From Octopus vulgaris (Eukaryota), in the NCBI GenBank assembly GCA_951406725.2, contig OX597839.1:20150001-20214000 (forward strand): a stretch of 64,000 nucleotides of DNA, read 5' to 3'. The notes under the pieces are model-generated. The model was not told where the DNA came from and made no database searches. It saw only the letters and a program-made list of their open reading frames with translations. Positions 1 to 13,081 of the stretch are shown here, piece after piece; the stretch's first letter is position 1, and each line of letters opens with the position of its first letter. The position numbers and the translations under genes were made by a program.

Positions 1-587
1 CTTACAACACCGGCCAAAAATGTAAGATTCGAGGGATGTGGTGCGGTGTTGAAAAATGTATCCTTTCTGTCCGTCGTTCTAGAAAACGTTCATTTTTTAT
101 ATTGAAAATGTCACTCAGATTGCTATCACGTAAGGGTTGGATTGATTTGTTGAGGATGTACCCACATTGGAGTAAGATAATGTTTTTGGTTCGTTCTCTG
201 TTATGTTGCTGTATTTCGGTTATGTCATAGTCGCATGGGGAGGTTTCGTCAAAAGTTCAGTCAGGTAGTTTGTCATCTGGCAGCCACAACAATAGCTCAT
301 GTGTGGTGAACGAATTTGGGGGTTCTTCGAGGACAGTTTAGAATTTAAAATGGCAAGTCAGATATTCTATACATAATTATATTTTCCTCGTTTTCATAAA
401 ACTTGAATTAGCTTGTACGTTTGTGTGTGTGTGTGTGTGCGTCTGTGGGCAGAGAAAGAGAGAGAAAGAGAAAGACATGATGAGACTAACAAGTGAACAA
501 AAGCAGACAGACAGAGACAAGGATAGAGAGAGAGAGATTGACAGACAGACAATATATATATATACACACACACATACACATAGTGTG

Positions 588-655
<68 letters not shown>

Positions 656-936
656 CATGCATATGCATAAATATGTTTATAAACGTGTGCGTATTTATGT
701 GTGTGTGTGTGTGTGTAATGTACCTTTGTGAATTTGTCCGTGTGTGTACACTAAGTGTATATTTCTGTTTCACTATGAGAGACTTAACTCAATATATAAA
801 GCAAAGTTCAAATATTCGTTCTTTTCAAAGTAAATCTTCATTACACGGCTAGACCAATTTTTCCTTATCACGTACAGTATATAAATCTTCTTCGAAGGAC
901 AACTTCTTCATATGTACACACAAATGTGCATGTGTG

Positions 937-995
<59 letters not shown>

Positions 996-1472
996 GTATA
1001 TACATATGCATATTTACGTATACATTTCGAAATACACATATATATATATGTGTGTCTGTAATGATGCGTGTGTGTATATGTGTGTGTATACGTTTGTGAC
1101 TGGCTTCTGTACTGTAAACTATATTGAGCAGACACCTAAAAATGAAAACGCTTATATATATACATGTTTGGTCGTATTTATAAGCATATATATATATATA
1201 TGTATATTCATATACACATATATGTATATACATATGTATAAGTATGAATACATATATATGTATAAGTATTTAAACATATATATGCACACACACATATATA
1301 TATATGCATATTCATATACACATATATGTATATATACTTATATATGCACATATATATATACACACACACACAAATGGTTACATATATATATATAACTGAC
1401 ACATATCCATATACACACATATTTATCAATATTCATATATATATATATATATATACATATATGTGTATGTAT

Positions 1473-1539
<67 letters not shown>

Positions 1540-1980
1540 TCTATGTATGTACGTATGTATTTATAGATTCCCCAACGGCGTCAACAACAGACACCGTCAA
1601 CTGTAATGCATTATTCATACAGCACTGTACATTATTATCTGGATACGTATACAGCAAACAAGTCGGTGGAAGGCAAAATAAATATATCCAGCAACAAATA
1701 TACACAACACACAAGCTGTAATACAATTATTCCCTTCACATTTACAAACATAGCGTGGTCATAGGCCACCATTTGTATTTTCAGTGAATACAGACGTTTA
1801 ATGTAATAGGTACGCGCATGCGTAAGTATATCGGTCAAAGGTTAAAGCAGAGGTGCTTTAAATGTCGTCTGCTGGCCGGAGTAATTCGACAAAGTTTGTT
1901 GAGAATCTTTATACTTTTTTATGTACTATGGGTTGTGCGTATATATTTTTTGTCGTTGTTGTTCATGTACAGGAACACAC

Positions 1981-2058
<78 letters not shown>

Positions 2059-2345
2059 ATATATATCATTCTCTGTGTGCGTTTATTTTTTTATATATGT
2101 ATATTTGTATACAATATTTGTGTTTATATGCATATAAGCATATATATGTGTGTGTGTGAGTGTATAAAAAATGCATGTATATAAGTATGTATTAGTATAT
2201 TCGTATATTTATATATGTAAAAGTAAATATCTGTATTTACGCAAACATAGATACTAAAATATAACTTTGTACGTCTAGATTTTTTCTCTCACTATTTCTC
2301 TCTCTCCTGCTCTCTCTCTTTCTCCGTGTGTATGTGCGTATACAA

Positions 2346-2377
<32 letters not shown>

Positions 2378-2629
2378 GTACGTATGTATGTATGTATGTA
2401 TGTATGTATGTATGTATGTATGTATGTATGTATTTATATATGAAGGAATGTAGGCACAAATTTCGAAGTCACTAGGATCTGACTTCTTGTAAAATTGTAA
2501 TAAATATGTAATTTACCTAAGCTTATTGAGTAATCCTTTAGTTTAAAATAATTTTATTATAAATCGAAAACAAAAAACAACTACGTTACAAGTACACATA
2601 CAGTTACATATAAACAGATACACACGCAC

Positions 2630-2700
<71 letters not shown>

Positions 2701-2709
<9 letters not shown>

Positions 2710-3093
2710 CGTGTATGAAGAAATGGAGCTGAACGAAGATTTAACAAAATTTTCTCGAAAAGCTTGCTGTGCATTTTGTTGGAGAATTAAGTTCCTGGAT
2801 TTTCCTGAAGAGAAGGCTGCATAATGGACTCCTTATTCAATCCGAATTAGGGACTTTGCAGCCTTTGAAACATATGTAGAAAATAATAAAAAGGAATTTT
2901 GTTAAATCTTCGTTCAGCTCCATTTCTTCATACACTAAATATATAAAACTTCAAATTTCCGCACTAAGGCACGGAGTTTAGGCCCCATGGTCGTAACCTC
3001 AACCGTGCTTTTTCTGTTGTGATTTTTGCTACCCAGGTATCGGTTATCATTTGAATTATCCGTAATAAGATAATTCATGTATCTACTTCAATA
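2701..3093 (+). mobile_element. Penelope-like terminal fragment with inverted repeat and hammerhead motif, within (TA)n
   Basis: A perfect 41-bp inverted repeat (2711-2751 / 2895-2935) encloses a hammerhead fold. TA tracts on both sides. The Penelope assignment is inferred from this architecture. Confidence 0.6.
2799..2884 (+). ncRNA. Type I hammerhead ribozyme (predicted)
   Basis: Stem I AUUUUC/GAAAAU; core CUGAAGA (2805-2811); 10-bp stem II GAAGGCUGCA/UGCAGCCUUU; GAAA (2867-2870); palindromic stem III ACAUAUGU; GUA cleavage triplet ending at 2878. Confidence 0.8.
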
Positions 3094-3098
3094 ATATA

Positions 3099-3136
<38 letters not shown>

Positions 3137-3401
3137 TACGTATGTAGTTTTATTCAAGTGTGTACAAAAAACATACATACGTCTATATCTGTATCAAGCA
3201 GTAAATTATATTTTATTATTTATATTAATCTATATTTTAAGTTAGCGTCTCCAAACATATTTTTATACGCTCCAACTTTCATTTTCCTAACGAAAAAAAT
3301 GCCTTATTCTTTCCTTGTCAAGTGATCGTGGCTATAACTGCACTTATAAAATATAAACATTTCAAATGCTTTTTTTTTATGGCTTAGCCAACGTTTTCTT
3401 C

Positions 3402-3438
<37 letters not shown>

Positions 3439-3880
3439 CATATCTCGTTATGTGTTAAGTCTAACTGACGTAAGCTGGCGTCTCTGTCGTTATATTTATA
3501 GATGTTATAATATGGCGAGGATTTTCTCGGCACTGGCAAGGGGAAACGCGTAATATATGAACCGTGCCGACAATCGAAATCTCTGTTGTTTAAATTTGTG
3601 ATAAACATTTCGTATAGTTACATCATACGCTGTAAATGTGTATGCGTTTTTGCGTGAGTGTATTTGTGTGTACGCCCGCGTGTGCGTATGTTGTTGTTAG
3701 GTTATAACATTTTAAAGTTTTAGACAGTAATACGGTTCTATCGATGAGCCATTCAAATACTTTTACTTATAATTTGATATTTGGTTGATTCCAGCCATCG
3801 ATCTTCCCCACCCACAATACCTGGAATGGTCGTGATGTATATATATGTATATACAAATACACACACACACGCACACATAT

Positions 3881-3958
<78 letters not shown>

Positions 3959-3959
3959 G

Positions 3960-4054
<95 letters not shown>

Positions 4055-4056
<2 letters not shown>

Positions 4057-6235
4057 CTTTCTTTTATTAGCCACACAGGGCTGAATACAGAGGGGACAAA
4101 TACAAATGCAGAGCTTTTCTTTTCGAGGGTGGAAAAAAAAAAATGTAAGATTGCGATCAAAAGGGATCGAGAGGAGGAAAAAAAAAGGAAAAAAAAGGAA
4201 ATCGTGTATCACAGAAATAATGATGTAAACATTGATATAACAAGATTGGTTCATCCGTGGGAAGAAAAGCCTACAGAAAAGACCACGGGAACCCCAGTCA
4301 GGGAGGAAATAACCACATGAGATCAAAAATGCTCTCTTTCTTTCTTTTTTACGATCTACAGGATCATGCTCAAAATGGTTTCGTTACTAGCACGCACCAT
4401 CTTTGCAACATTCACCCATCTTTTTTTGAATCTTTCGCGAGACAAAACTTCCCTCTCCATTCTCACCTTCCTTTACAAGTGGTACTTGAAAAGTTGATGA
4501 GCGATTGGCCAGAGAGGTAAGTGTTTGTCTCTAATCCTTTCGCTCGAGTCCACCACACACATTCTTTCACCATGGCCACCAGTACGATGAAAACTGCCTT
4601 GCCTTCCCGGTTGAGGGAAGGGGGCGGAGCAATTCTCACGATAGACTCGGCCGATAGGCGGATTCGTCCCACACGTGACAGCAGCCGTTCGGCATAAGCC
4701 CACAGGTCGGAAATGGTTGGACATTGCACGAGTGCGTGCAGAACGGTTTCGTCGCTCTGACCGCATCTCGGGCAAGTCGGTCCAGTGTGTCTGGAACCGT
4801 GTCTGTAGAGCTTATCCCGAACAGGTAATGCTTCTCGATAGCACTGCCAGGCCAGGGATCTTTGGTGATTGTTCATAGGTCCCGGCCCGAAAGTTGTCCT
4901 GAACAGGCGGGTCAGGTGTTCCTCGTCGACGCCCAGACTCTGCCCGAGTTCGTCGTCGCACCTCCCCTCCACTAATCCTCTATAGAATGCCTTTGTTGTG
5001 ATGGAGTCGCACAAGTTCGATCCCGGACGGCAGAGTTGCTTGAGAGTAACGCGACACTCGCGGTGCCATTCGCCTAGCCTCGGTCTCTGCTTGATCCATG
5101 ACTGTAGTTCGTCCAAGGAGACGAGCTGCGGGAAAGCGCGCCGCACAAAAGGCGACCACCCCTGTTCACCGTTGTCTATGAAGCGCCGGAGATCTCGCAG
5201 TCTCAGCGCATGTCTGCGCATCATCAACCACGGCATGCCCAGCCCTCCATTTAGCGGGTGTTGGCAGCAAATGGATCGCCTAACCATCGGAACGTTTCCC
5301 TTCCACAAGAAGCGGAAGAGTATGCGTTCCAGTTTGGTGATGGTAGGGTCGGGACAAGGCACGACGGTCAGACGATACTCGATGACGGATGCGATGTACG
5401 CGTTCGCCACCACCGCCCGACCTTTTAGGGATAGCTTTCTCTCAGTCCATTTCTGGGTGAGAGTAGCCACCCTAGTCGTTATCTCGCCCCAGTTCTTCTC
5501 CATTTGGAGGTCCGGACCGAACCAGACCCCGAGCAATTTAACCGGTCCGTCCGTCCAGCGTCCCACGATGGAGACGCTGTTGGACGGCATGGGCTTGCTT
5601 CTCCAGGTGCCGAGCCGCAAGCCCACTGACTTTTCCCGGTTAATTTTTGCTCCCGTTACCGCTTCGTATTCTTTCAGTGTCTCGCCGACCAGCTCGATGT
5701 GCTCGTAGCTCGACACTATGACGGTGACGTCATCCGCGTATGCAGACACGCTCCTCCCGCATCCCAGCTCTCGTGGGATGCCCCTCAGCGTCGCCAGTTT
5801 CCGCAGTAGTGGCTCAAGAGTCAGTACATACAGCAGCGATGAGAGGGGGCATCCCTGACGAACCGAACGCATGATGTTAAAAGGTCTGGATAGATGACCA
5901 TTTACGCGAACTACTGAGCGGATGCCGCTGTATAAGGCAGCGATCCAACCGCGGAAAACTGGACCGAAACCAACCGCTTTGAGGACAGCCTCCAAGTAGT
6001 GATGGTCTACCCTATCGAAGGCTTTTGATTGATCCAAATTGATCAGCGCCCCACCCATGCCAGGATTTTTAACTACCCTGTCTATGATGTAGCGCATCAG
6101 ATGGAGGTTGTCATGAATACTTCTACCTGGCACGGCGCATGTTTGCGCCTTGTCGATTAGTTTCTTGATGACAAGCGCCAACCTCTCGGCTAACACCTTG
6201 GCCAAAATTTTCAAATCTGCGTTGAGCAGAGTGAT
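4055..6235 (-). mobile_element. 5'-truncated L1/Tx1-clade non-LTR retrotransposon (ORF2 RT + CCHC knuckle + 3' UTR) within (GATA)n
   Basis: RT motifs [31 protein letters not shown] and YADD; C-terminal CPRC-x8-H-x4-C. The 3' UTR ends GGCTAATAAAAGAAAG into (TATC)n. GATA tracts lie on both sides. Confidence 0.92.
4356..6235 (-). pseudogene. L1/Tx1 ORF2 remnant (reverse transcriptase to C-terminus)
   Basis: A 583-aa open stretch spans 4463..6214. Comparison with the copy at 12095-12117 (NFFKYHL) shows a 1-nt deletion near 4490 and a TAA nonsense. The restored frame continues RKVRMERE...SMIL* to ~4356. Confidence 0.85.
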
Positions 6236-6309
<74 letters not shown>

Positions 6310-6342
6310 GGATGGATGGATGGATGGATGGATGGATGGATG

Positions 6343-6405
<63 letters not shown>

Positions 6406-6437
6406 GGATGGATAGATAGATAGATAGATAGATAGAT

Positions 6438-6640
6438 ATGTTTCTTTATTAGCCACACAGGGCTGCACACAGATAGAACAAATTACAAGGTAGAGCTTTT
6501 CTTTTGAAGGTTTAAAAAATTTTTTTTAAAATAAAAAAAAAAAGGAAAGGGGGGAGTTTCGATCAAAAGGGATCGTAAAAGGAGAGAAAGAGGACAAAAA
6601 AGGGGGGTTAAAAAAAGGGGGGAGAGGAAAAAAAAATTGA
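6438..6640 (-). mobile_element. Second, short 3' end of a related Tx1-like LINE within (GATA)n
   Basis: TTTCTTTATTAGCCACACAGGGCTG...GAGCTTTTCTTTT...GATCAAAAGGGATCG matches 4057-4170. Flanked by GATA tracts on both sides. Confidence 0.85.
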
Positions 6641-6683
6641 TAGATAGATAGATAGATAGATAGATGGATAGATGGATAGATAG

Positions 6684-6752
<69 letters not shown>

Positions 6753-6852
6753 TACATGTATATATATATATATAGAGAGAGAGAGAGATACGTATACAGA
6801 TATATTTCTTTATCTATCTATCAATCTATATCTATCTATCAATATATATCTA

Positions 6853-6904
<52 letters not shown>

Positions 6905-7518
6905 AATAAGATATGTGACAATTATGCGGTAGCCATGATAAAATTCAGAGTTTTGGATGTCGGGGCGGAAACCCACGTCGGCATCTCTTCTATTATCGGA
7001 CCATCGAAAAAATTGCTATGAAAATGACCGTTAAAACAAAGGGAAATTACTGTGTGATTGACCGTTATTAAGACAAAAAGGTTATTAGAATGACTGCTAA
7101 GTAAGGGCAGGGAGTAAAGGTAAGGGAGTAAAAATGTTCATAGTAATCTCGTAAGCGCGTCTGACCATACTCACAGCGTTGTGGTCAGTCTCGAGCTACA
7201 CAAGAAGACACTTGTCCAAGAATTTGTGCAGTAGTGCAGATATTATATTGGGAATATCATACGAGAATTGCTAGCAATTTACATATACTATTAAATAAAT
7301 ATCCTTCACGCATATCATCGAATGGATAACATAGCGATCATATATATACATTATATATATCCTTTAACACATGTGCACATATATCAATCATTACGTTGTT
7401 ATCATTCATATTATCGTTACATATACATCTATATACATATCAATTTGATAACACATATACCATCGGCATGTATCATTAACTGGATATCACTTATACATAC
7501 ATACATACATACATACAT

Positions 7519-7573
<55 letters not shown>

Positions 7574-7927
7574 TATATGTCATACGAATGTCTCATTGAA
7601 TAACTTTGAGTTATATATATGATTTCGTGGAAATTCTTTATATCGTTAAATGGATATCATTTCCCATTTATTCTTGAATATTGATATTTATTATTTTCTA
7701 ACGAAATACTATCATTCGCTTCTACTGTTTAAGAGATACAGTAGCACGCCGGCTGAAATGCTTCGTTCTGAGTTCGAATTCCACCGAGTATGACAACGCC
7801 TTTCATCTCTTCGTGGACGATAAATGAAGTATCCGTTGTGTATTGAGGTCGATCTAATCGACTGGCCCCTTACCCCCAAAATTTTGGGCCTTGTGCCTGG
7901 AGTAAAAAAGAATACATATGTATGTGA

Positions 7928-7966
<39 letters not shown>

Positions 7967-7997
7967 TGCGTTTGTGTGTGTGCGTGTGTGTGTGTGT

Positions 7998-8041
7998 GCC
8001 TGTGTGTACATACACATGCATATACATAAACACGTGTGTGT

Positions 8042-8078
<37 letters not shown>

Positions 8079-8191
8079 CTGTGTGTACATACACATGCAT
8101 ATACATAAACACGTGTGTGTGTGTGTGTGTGTGTGCGTGTGTGTGTGTGTGTGCCTGTGTGTACATACACATGCATATACATAAACACGTG

Positions 8192-8228
<37 letters not shown>

Positions 8229-8501
8229 CTGTGTGTACATACACATGCATATACATAAACACGTGTGTGTGCGTGTCTGTGTGTGTGCGTGTGTGTGTGT
8301 GTGTGCCTGTGTGTACATACACATGCATACACATAAACACGTGTGTGTGGGTGTGTGTGTGTGTGCGTGTGTGTGTGTGTGTGCCTGTGTGTACATACAC
8401 ATGCATATACATAAACACGTGTGTGTGCGTGTCTGTGTGTGTGCGTGTGTGTGTGTGTGTGTGCCTGTGTGTACATACACATGCATATACATAAACACGT
8501 G

Positions 8502-8542
<41 letters not shown>

Positions 8543-8657
8543 CTGTGTGTACATACACATGCATACACATAAACACGTGTGTGTGGGTGTCTGTGTGTGT
8601 GCGTGTGTGTGTGTGTGTGCCTGTGTGTACATACACATGCATATACATAAACACGTG

Positions 8658-8700
<43 letters not shown>

Positions 8701-9148
8701 CTGTGTGTACATACACATGCATATACATAAACACGTGTGTGTGGGTGTGTGTGTGTGTGCGTGTGTGTGTGTGTGTGCCTATGTGTACATACACATGCAT
8801 ATACATAAACACGAGTGTGTGCGTGTGTGTGTGTGTGTGCGTGTGTGTGTGTGCCTGTGTGTACATACACATGCATATACATAAACACGAGTGTGTGCGT
8901 GTGTGTGTGTGTGTGTGCGTGTGTGTGTGTGTGTGCCTGTGTGTACATACACATGCATATACATAAACACGTGTGTGTGGGTGTGTGTGTGTGTGCGTGT
9001 GTGTGTCTGTGTGCCTGTGTGTACATACACATGCATATACATAAACACGTGTGTGTGGGTGTCTGTGTGTGTGCGTGTCTGTGTGTGTGCGTGTGTGTGT
9101 GTGTGCCTGTGTGTACATACACATGCATACACATAAACACGTGTGTGT

Positions 9149-9186
<38 letters not shown>

Positions 9187-9217
9187 CTGTGTGTACATAC
9201 ACATGCATATACATAAA

Positions 9218-9274
<57 letters not shown>

Positions 9275-9311
9275 CTGTGTGTACATACACATGCATATAC
9301 ATAAACACGTG

Positions 9312-9358
<47 letters not shown>

Positions 9359-9389
9359 CTGTGTGTACATACACATGCATATACATAAA

Positions 9390-9428
<39 letters not shown>
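7998..9428. repeat. Minisatellite: 18 copies of a 36-bp core separated by variable (GT)n linkers
   Basis: GCCTGTGTGTACATACACATGCATATACATAAACAC at 7998, 8077, 8153, 8227, 8305 ... 9273, 9357; period 74-92 bp. Confidence 0.95.
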
Positions 9429-9432
<4 letters not shown>

Positions 9433-9766
9433 GCTAGGCCGTCTCTAGTAGCAATTATCACGAGTTTACAACAATAATCTCTTTGTCACCAGAATTTCGC
9501 TTCACCCATATTCTTCATCTTGGTTCTATTGTAAACATGCCTTAACACGCCTCTTTACGGCTATCGACACCTCTATAGTTATTGACAATATCAGTCTTTC
9601 ATTTGATGTAGACCTCTAAATGTATTCACACGTGTTTGTATATATATGCTTGTGTGTGTGCTCATTTTTATATCTATCTATATATATATACATATATATA
9701 TATCAGTCTATCTCTCTATCTATCTATCTGTCTATCTAAATATCTATCTAACTATCTATCTATCTA

Positions 9767-9827
<61 letters not shown>

Positions 9828-9836
9828 ATGTGTACG

Positions 9837-9866
<30 letters not shown>

Positions 9867-9867
<1 letters not shown>

Positions 9868-11333
9868 TTTTTATTTTATTTTATTTAGTTTCAGCTCACA
9901 AGCTGTGGTCATGCTGGGGCACCGCCATTTGGTGTTGCTACATGATTTTACATCACGAATGCTTTTTAGCAAATGCCATCTGGTGCATTAGAGAGTTCGA
10001 TGCAGCTGCTCCCATCTGCACCTCCTGCCGTGAAGTTGGTTCATCTGGGACACCTGACGAGATGAGATCTAGTTTCATTTTAAAGACATCTGCATCCACC
10101 CCATACAGGTCTCTCAGGTTCTTCGGGAGGATATTGAAGAGCTGTGGGCCTCGGAAGCCCAGGCTATCACAGTATCTTGTCCTACATCTTGATGGCAAAT
10201 TTGGAGTCCTTGGCACTATGCAGTGGCGCCCAGTTCTGGCAGTTGTGTAACTCTCGATGCCAAAGTTTGGGACAAGTCCTTCTAGGATTTTCCAGACATA
10301 TATTATGACATATCTTTCTCACCTACGCTCTAAGGAATAGAGTCTCAATCTCTTGAGTCTTTCTCAATAGCTTATATGCTGCACAGAGGCTATCTTCTTC
10401 GTGTAGCTTCGTTGGATCGCCTCAAGTTCTGTGATTAACTTGACACTGGATGGTGACCATAGCTGAGAGCAATAGTCAAAGTGGCTTAGGACAAGTATCC
10501 TCCAGAGGACAATCATGGTTTCCTGGTCTCTTGTTCTAAAGGTTCTATGAATCCATCCTGTCAGCCGCCTACATTTCATTGCCAATTTAGCAACATGCAC
10601 ATGAAAGGTTGCATCATCACTCACGTAAATACCCAGGTCTCGCACTGATTGTGCCTCTGGGATTGCAATCCCTCCAGGTCCAGTGTATTTATTGGGTATT
10701 GCATTTAGTTTTGCATGCTGATAGTATAAAGCTTGAAACTTTTCAGCATTGAACTGCATGCTATTCTTTTCAGCCCACTTGTATATTTTGTCCAGCTCAC
10801 ATTGCAGGTGCTTAGTGTCTTCAGGGTTCTGTATTGCCTGTGAAACTTTTGTATCATCTGTATAACTTGTGATCGTGGCTCTCTGCGTGGCTGAGGGCAT
10901 GTCTGAGAGGGCCATTATGAACAGTAGTGGTCCCAGAACAGTGCCTTGTGGAACACCGCTCACTATTTGTGTGTTAATGGAAGTGTTACTACCACCTGAC
11001 TTCTATCCTTCAGAAAGTCATGAAGCCATTCTCCCAATTTTCCAACTATGCCAAGATCACGCAGTTTGTGACATATCATCCCATGATCGACTTTATCAAA
11101 GGCCTTTGCAAAGTCGAGATATATGACTTCCACATTTGAGTGGTTGAGCAGTCGTTTCAGCACCCAGTCATAGTGTTGTAGGAGCTGAGTTAAGCAGCTT
11201 CTTCCTGGTCGGAAACCATGTTGGGTGTCAGGCAGCAAGTCATTTTCTTCAAGGAAGGTGATTAGTTTCCTTCTGACTATTCGTTCCATGACCTTGCTGA
11301 TGTGTGAGGTCAGAGAGATAGGTCTGTAGTTCT
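9867..11333 (-). mobile_element. 5'-truncated CR1-clade LINE (degenerate RT, short 3' tail, (AAAAT)n end)
   Basis: Motifs [52 protein letters not shown] and DYCSQLWSP, with a frameshift near 10970 and stop codons. Confidence 0.92.
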
Positions 11334-11362
11334 TATATATATATATGCATGTATATATATAC

Positions 11363-11397
<35 letters not shown>

Positions 11398-11401
11398 CAC
11401 A

Positions 11402-11588
<187 letters not shown>

Positions 11589-11674
11589 ATATATATATAT
11601 ATCACTATTTATCTATGTATTTATCTATCAATCAATCTATCTAGCTATCTATATATCAATCTGTCTATCTAAAT

Positions 11675-12117
11675 AGAAGAACTGGGGCGAAATAACGACT
11701 ACTAGGGTGGCCGGACCTATGGACAATCACCAAAGATCCCTGGCCTGGAATGCTATCGAGAAGCATTACCTTTCGGGATAAGCTCTACAGGCACGGTTCG
11801 AGACACACTGGACCGACTTGCCCGAGATGCGGTCAGAACGACGAAACCGTTCTGCACGCACTTGTGCAGTGTCCAACCATTTTGGACCTGTGGGCTTATG
11901 CCGAACGGCTGCTGTCGCGTGTGGGACGTGTCCGCCTATCGGCCGAGTCTATCGTTAGTGTTGCTTCGCCACCTTCCCTCAACCGGGAAGGCAAAGCAGT
12001 CTCATTGTACTGGTGACCATGGTGAAAGAATGTGTGTGGTGGACTCGAGCGAAAGGATTAGAGACAAACACTTACTTCTCTGGTCAATCGCTCATCAACT
12101 TTTTCAAGTACCACTTG
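11675..12117 (+). mobile_element. Tx1-like LINE fragment with internal deletion (same family as 4055-6235)
   Basis: Translates to RDKLYRHGSRHTGPTCPRCGQNDETVLHALVQC, near-identical to the copy at 4463-6214. Preceded by degenerate (TATC)n. Confidence 0.92.
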
Positions 12118-12292
12118 TATATTCTCTTTTTCTCTTTTACTTGTTTCAGTCATTTGACTGCGGCCATGCTGGAGCACCGCCTTTAATCGAGCAACTCGAC
12201 CCCGGGACTTATTCTTTTGTAAGCCCAGTACTTATTCTATCGGTCTCTTTTGCCGAACCGCTAAGTGACATATATATATGTGTGTGTGTGTA

Positions 12293-12335
<43 letters not shown>

Positions 12336-12347
12336 GTGTGTGTGTGT

Positions 12348-12385
<38 letters not shown>

Positions 12386-13015
12386 ACTCTTGTGCACTTG
12401 CACTAGTAAAATAGCTGGCACAATGCTGGCGCAAAACGAGAGATGGCTCAACAGCGAAATACTAATTGCATAACAAGGCCGGAAAAATGCGACCATTATG
12501 ACCGGAAAGTAACGTAGGAAGCCGAAAATATCGGGAATACAGTTACGCTTGTTTTTTTTTTTATGTATAACTGTACATGAATGGATTCGAGTAATGGATG
12601 TTAATATTATAAAGGACTTAAAGTTAACATAGAGAAATGCCTGTTATAATAATATTAATATCTCACAAATATGATGAAAATTATGTTTTCCTCTGAAGTA
12701 TGTTAGCAAAGCGCTTGATAAGCATAAAATGAAACCGTGTTTTGAGCAATATAGAAAAAATGTATTATGGAATTATAAATGAAAGAACTTAGAAAATATA
12801 ATCACATCAAAACATATTAATGTGTGCGTGTGTGCGTTTGTTTGTGTTGGTATATACGTATATTAAATGTTTTCCATACATTAGTTCGTGCTCTACAACT
12901 GCCATAAATATTTTGGTGATTTTTTTTGTCAGTGGTTAGTAAAAAATTACAAGCTTTAGCATAGCAATTATTCCTTATATGCAACGCCTATGATATCTAG
13001 AGTAATAGCAAAGAA

Positions 13016-13081
<66 letters not shown>

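Noticed and set aside
1-345. Minus-strand reading frame of ~110 codons with one stop
   Set aside because: No recognisable motif and cut by the window edge; possibly LINE debris but unsupported.
3462-3556. Possible hammerhead (CTGACGT...GAAACGCGTA)
   Set aside because: The core is altered and no convincing stem I or stem II forms.
4998-5708. 236-aa plus-strand ORF and similar ORFs opposite the Helitron and CR1
   Set aside because: They are antisense shadows of GC-rich TE coding sequence.
7998-9428. CRISPR array (36-bp repeat with ~40-bp spacers)
   Set aside because: The spacers are (GT)n rather than unique sequence, there are no cas genes, and the context is eukaryotic.
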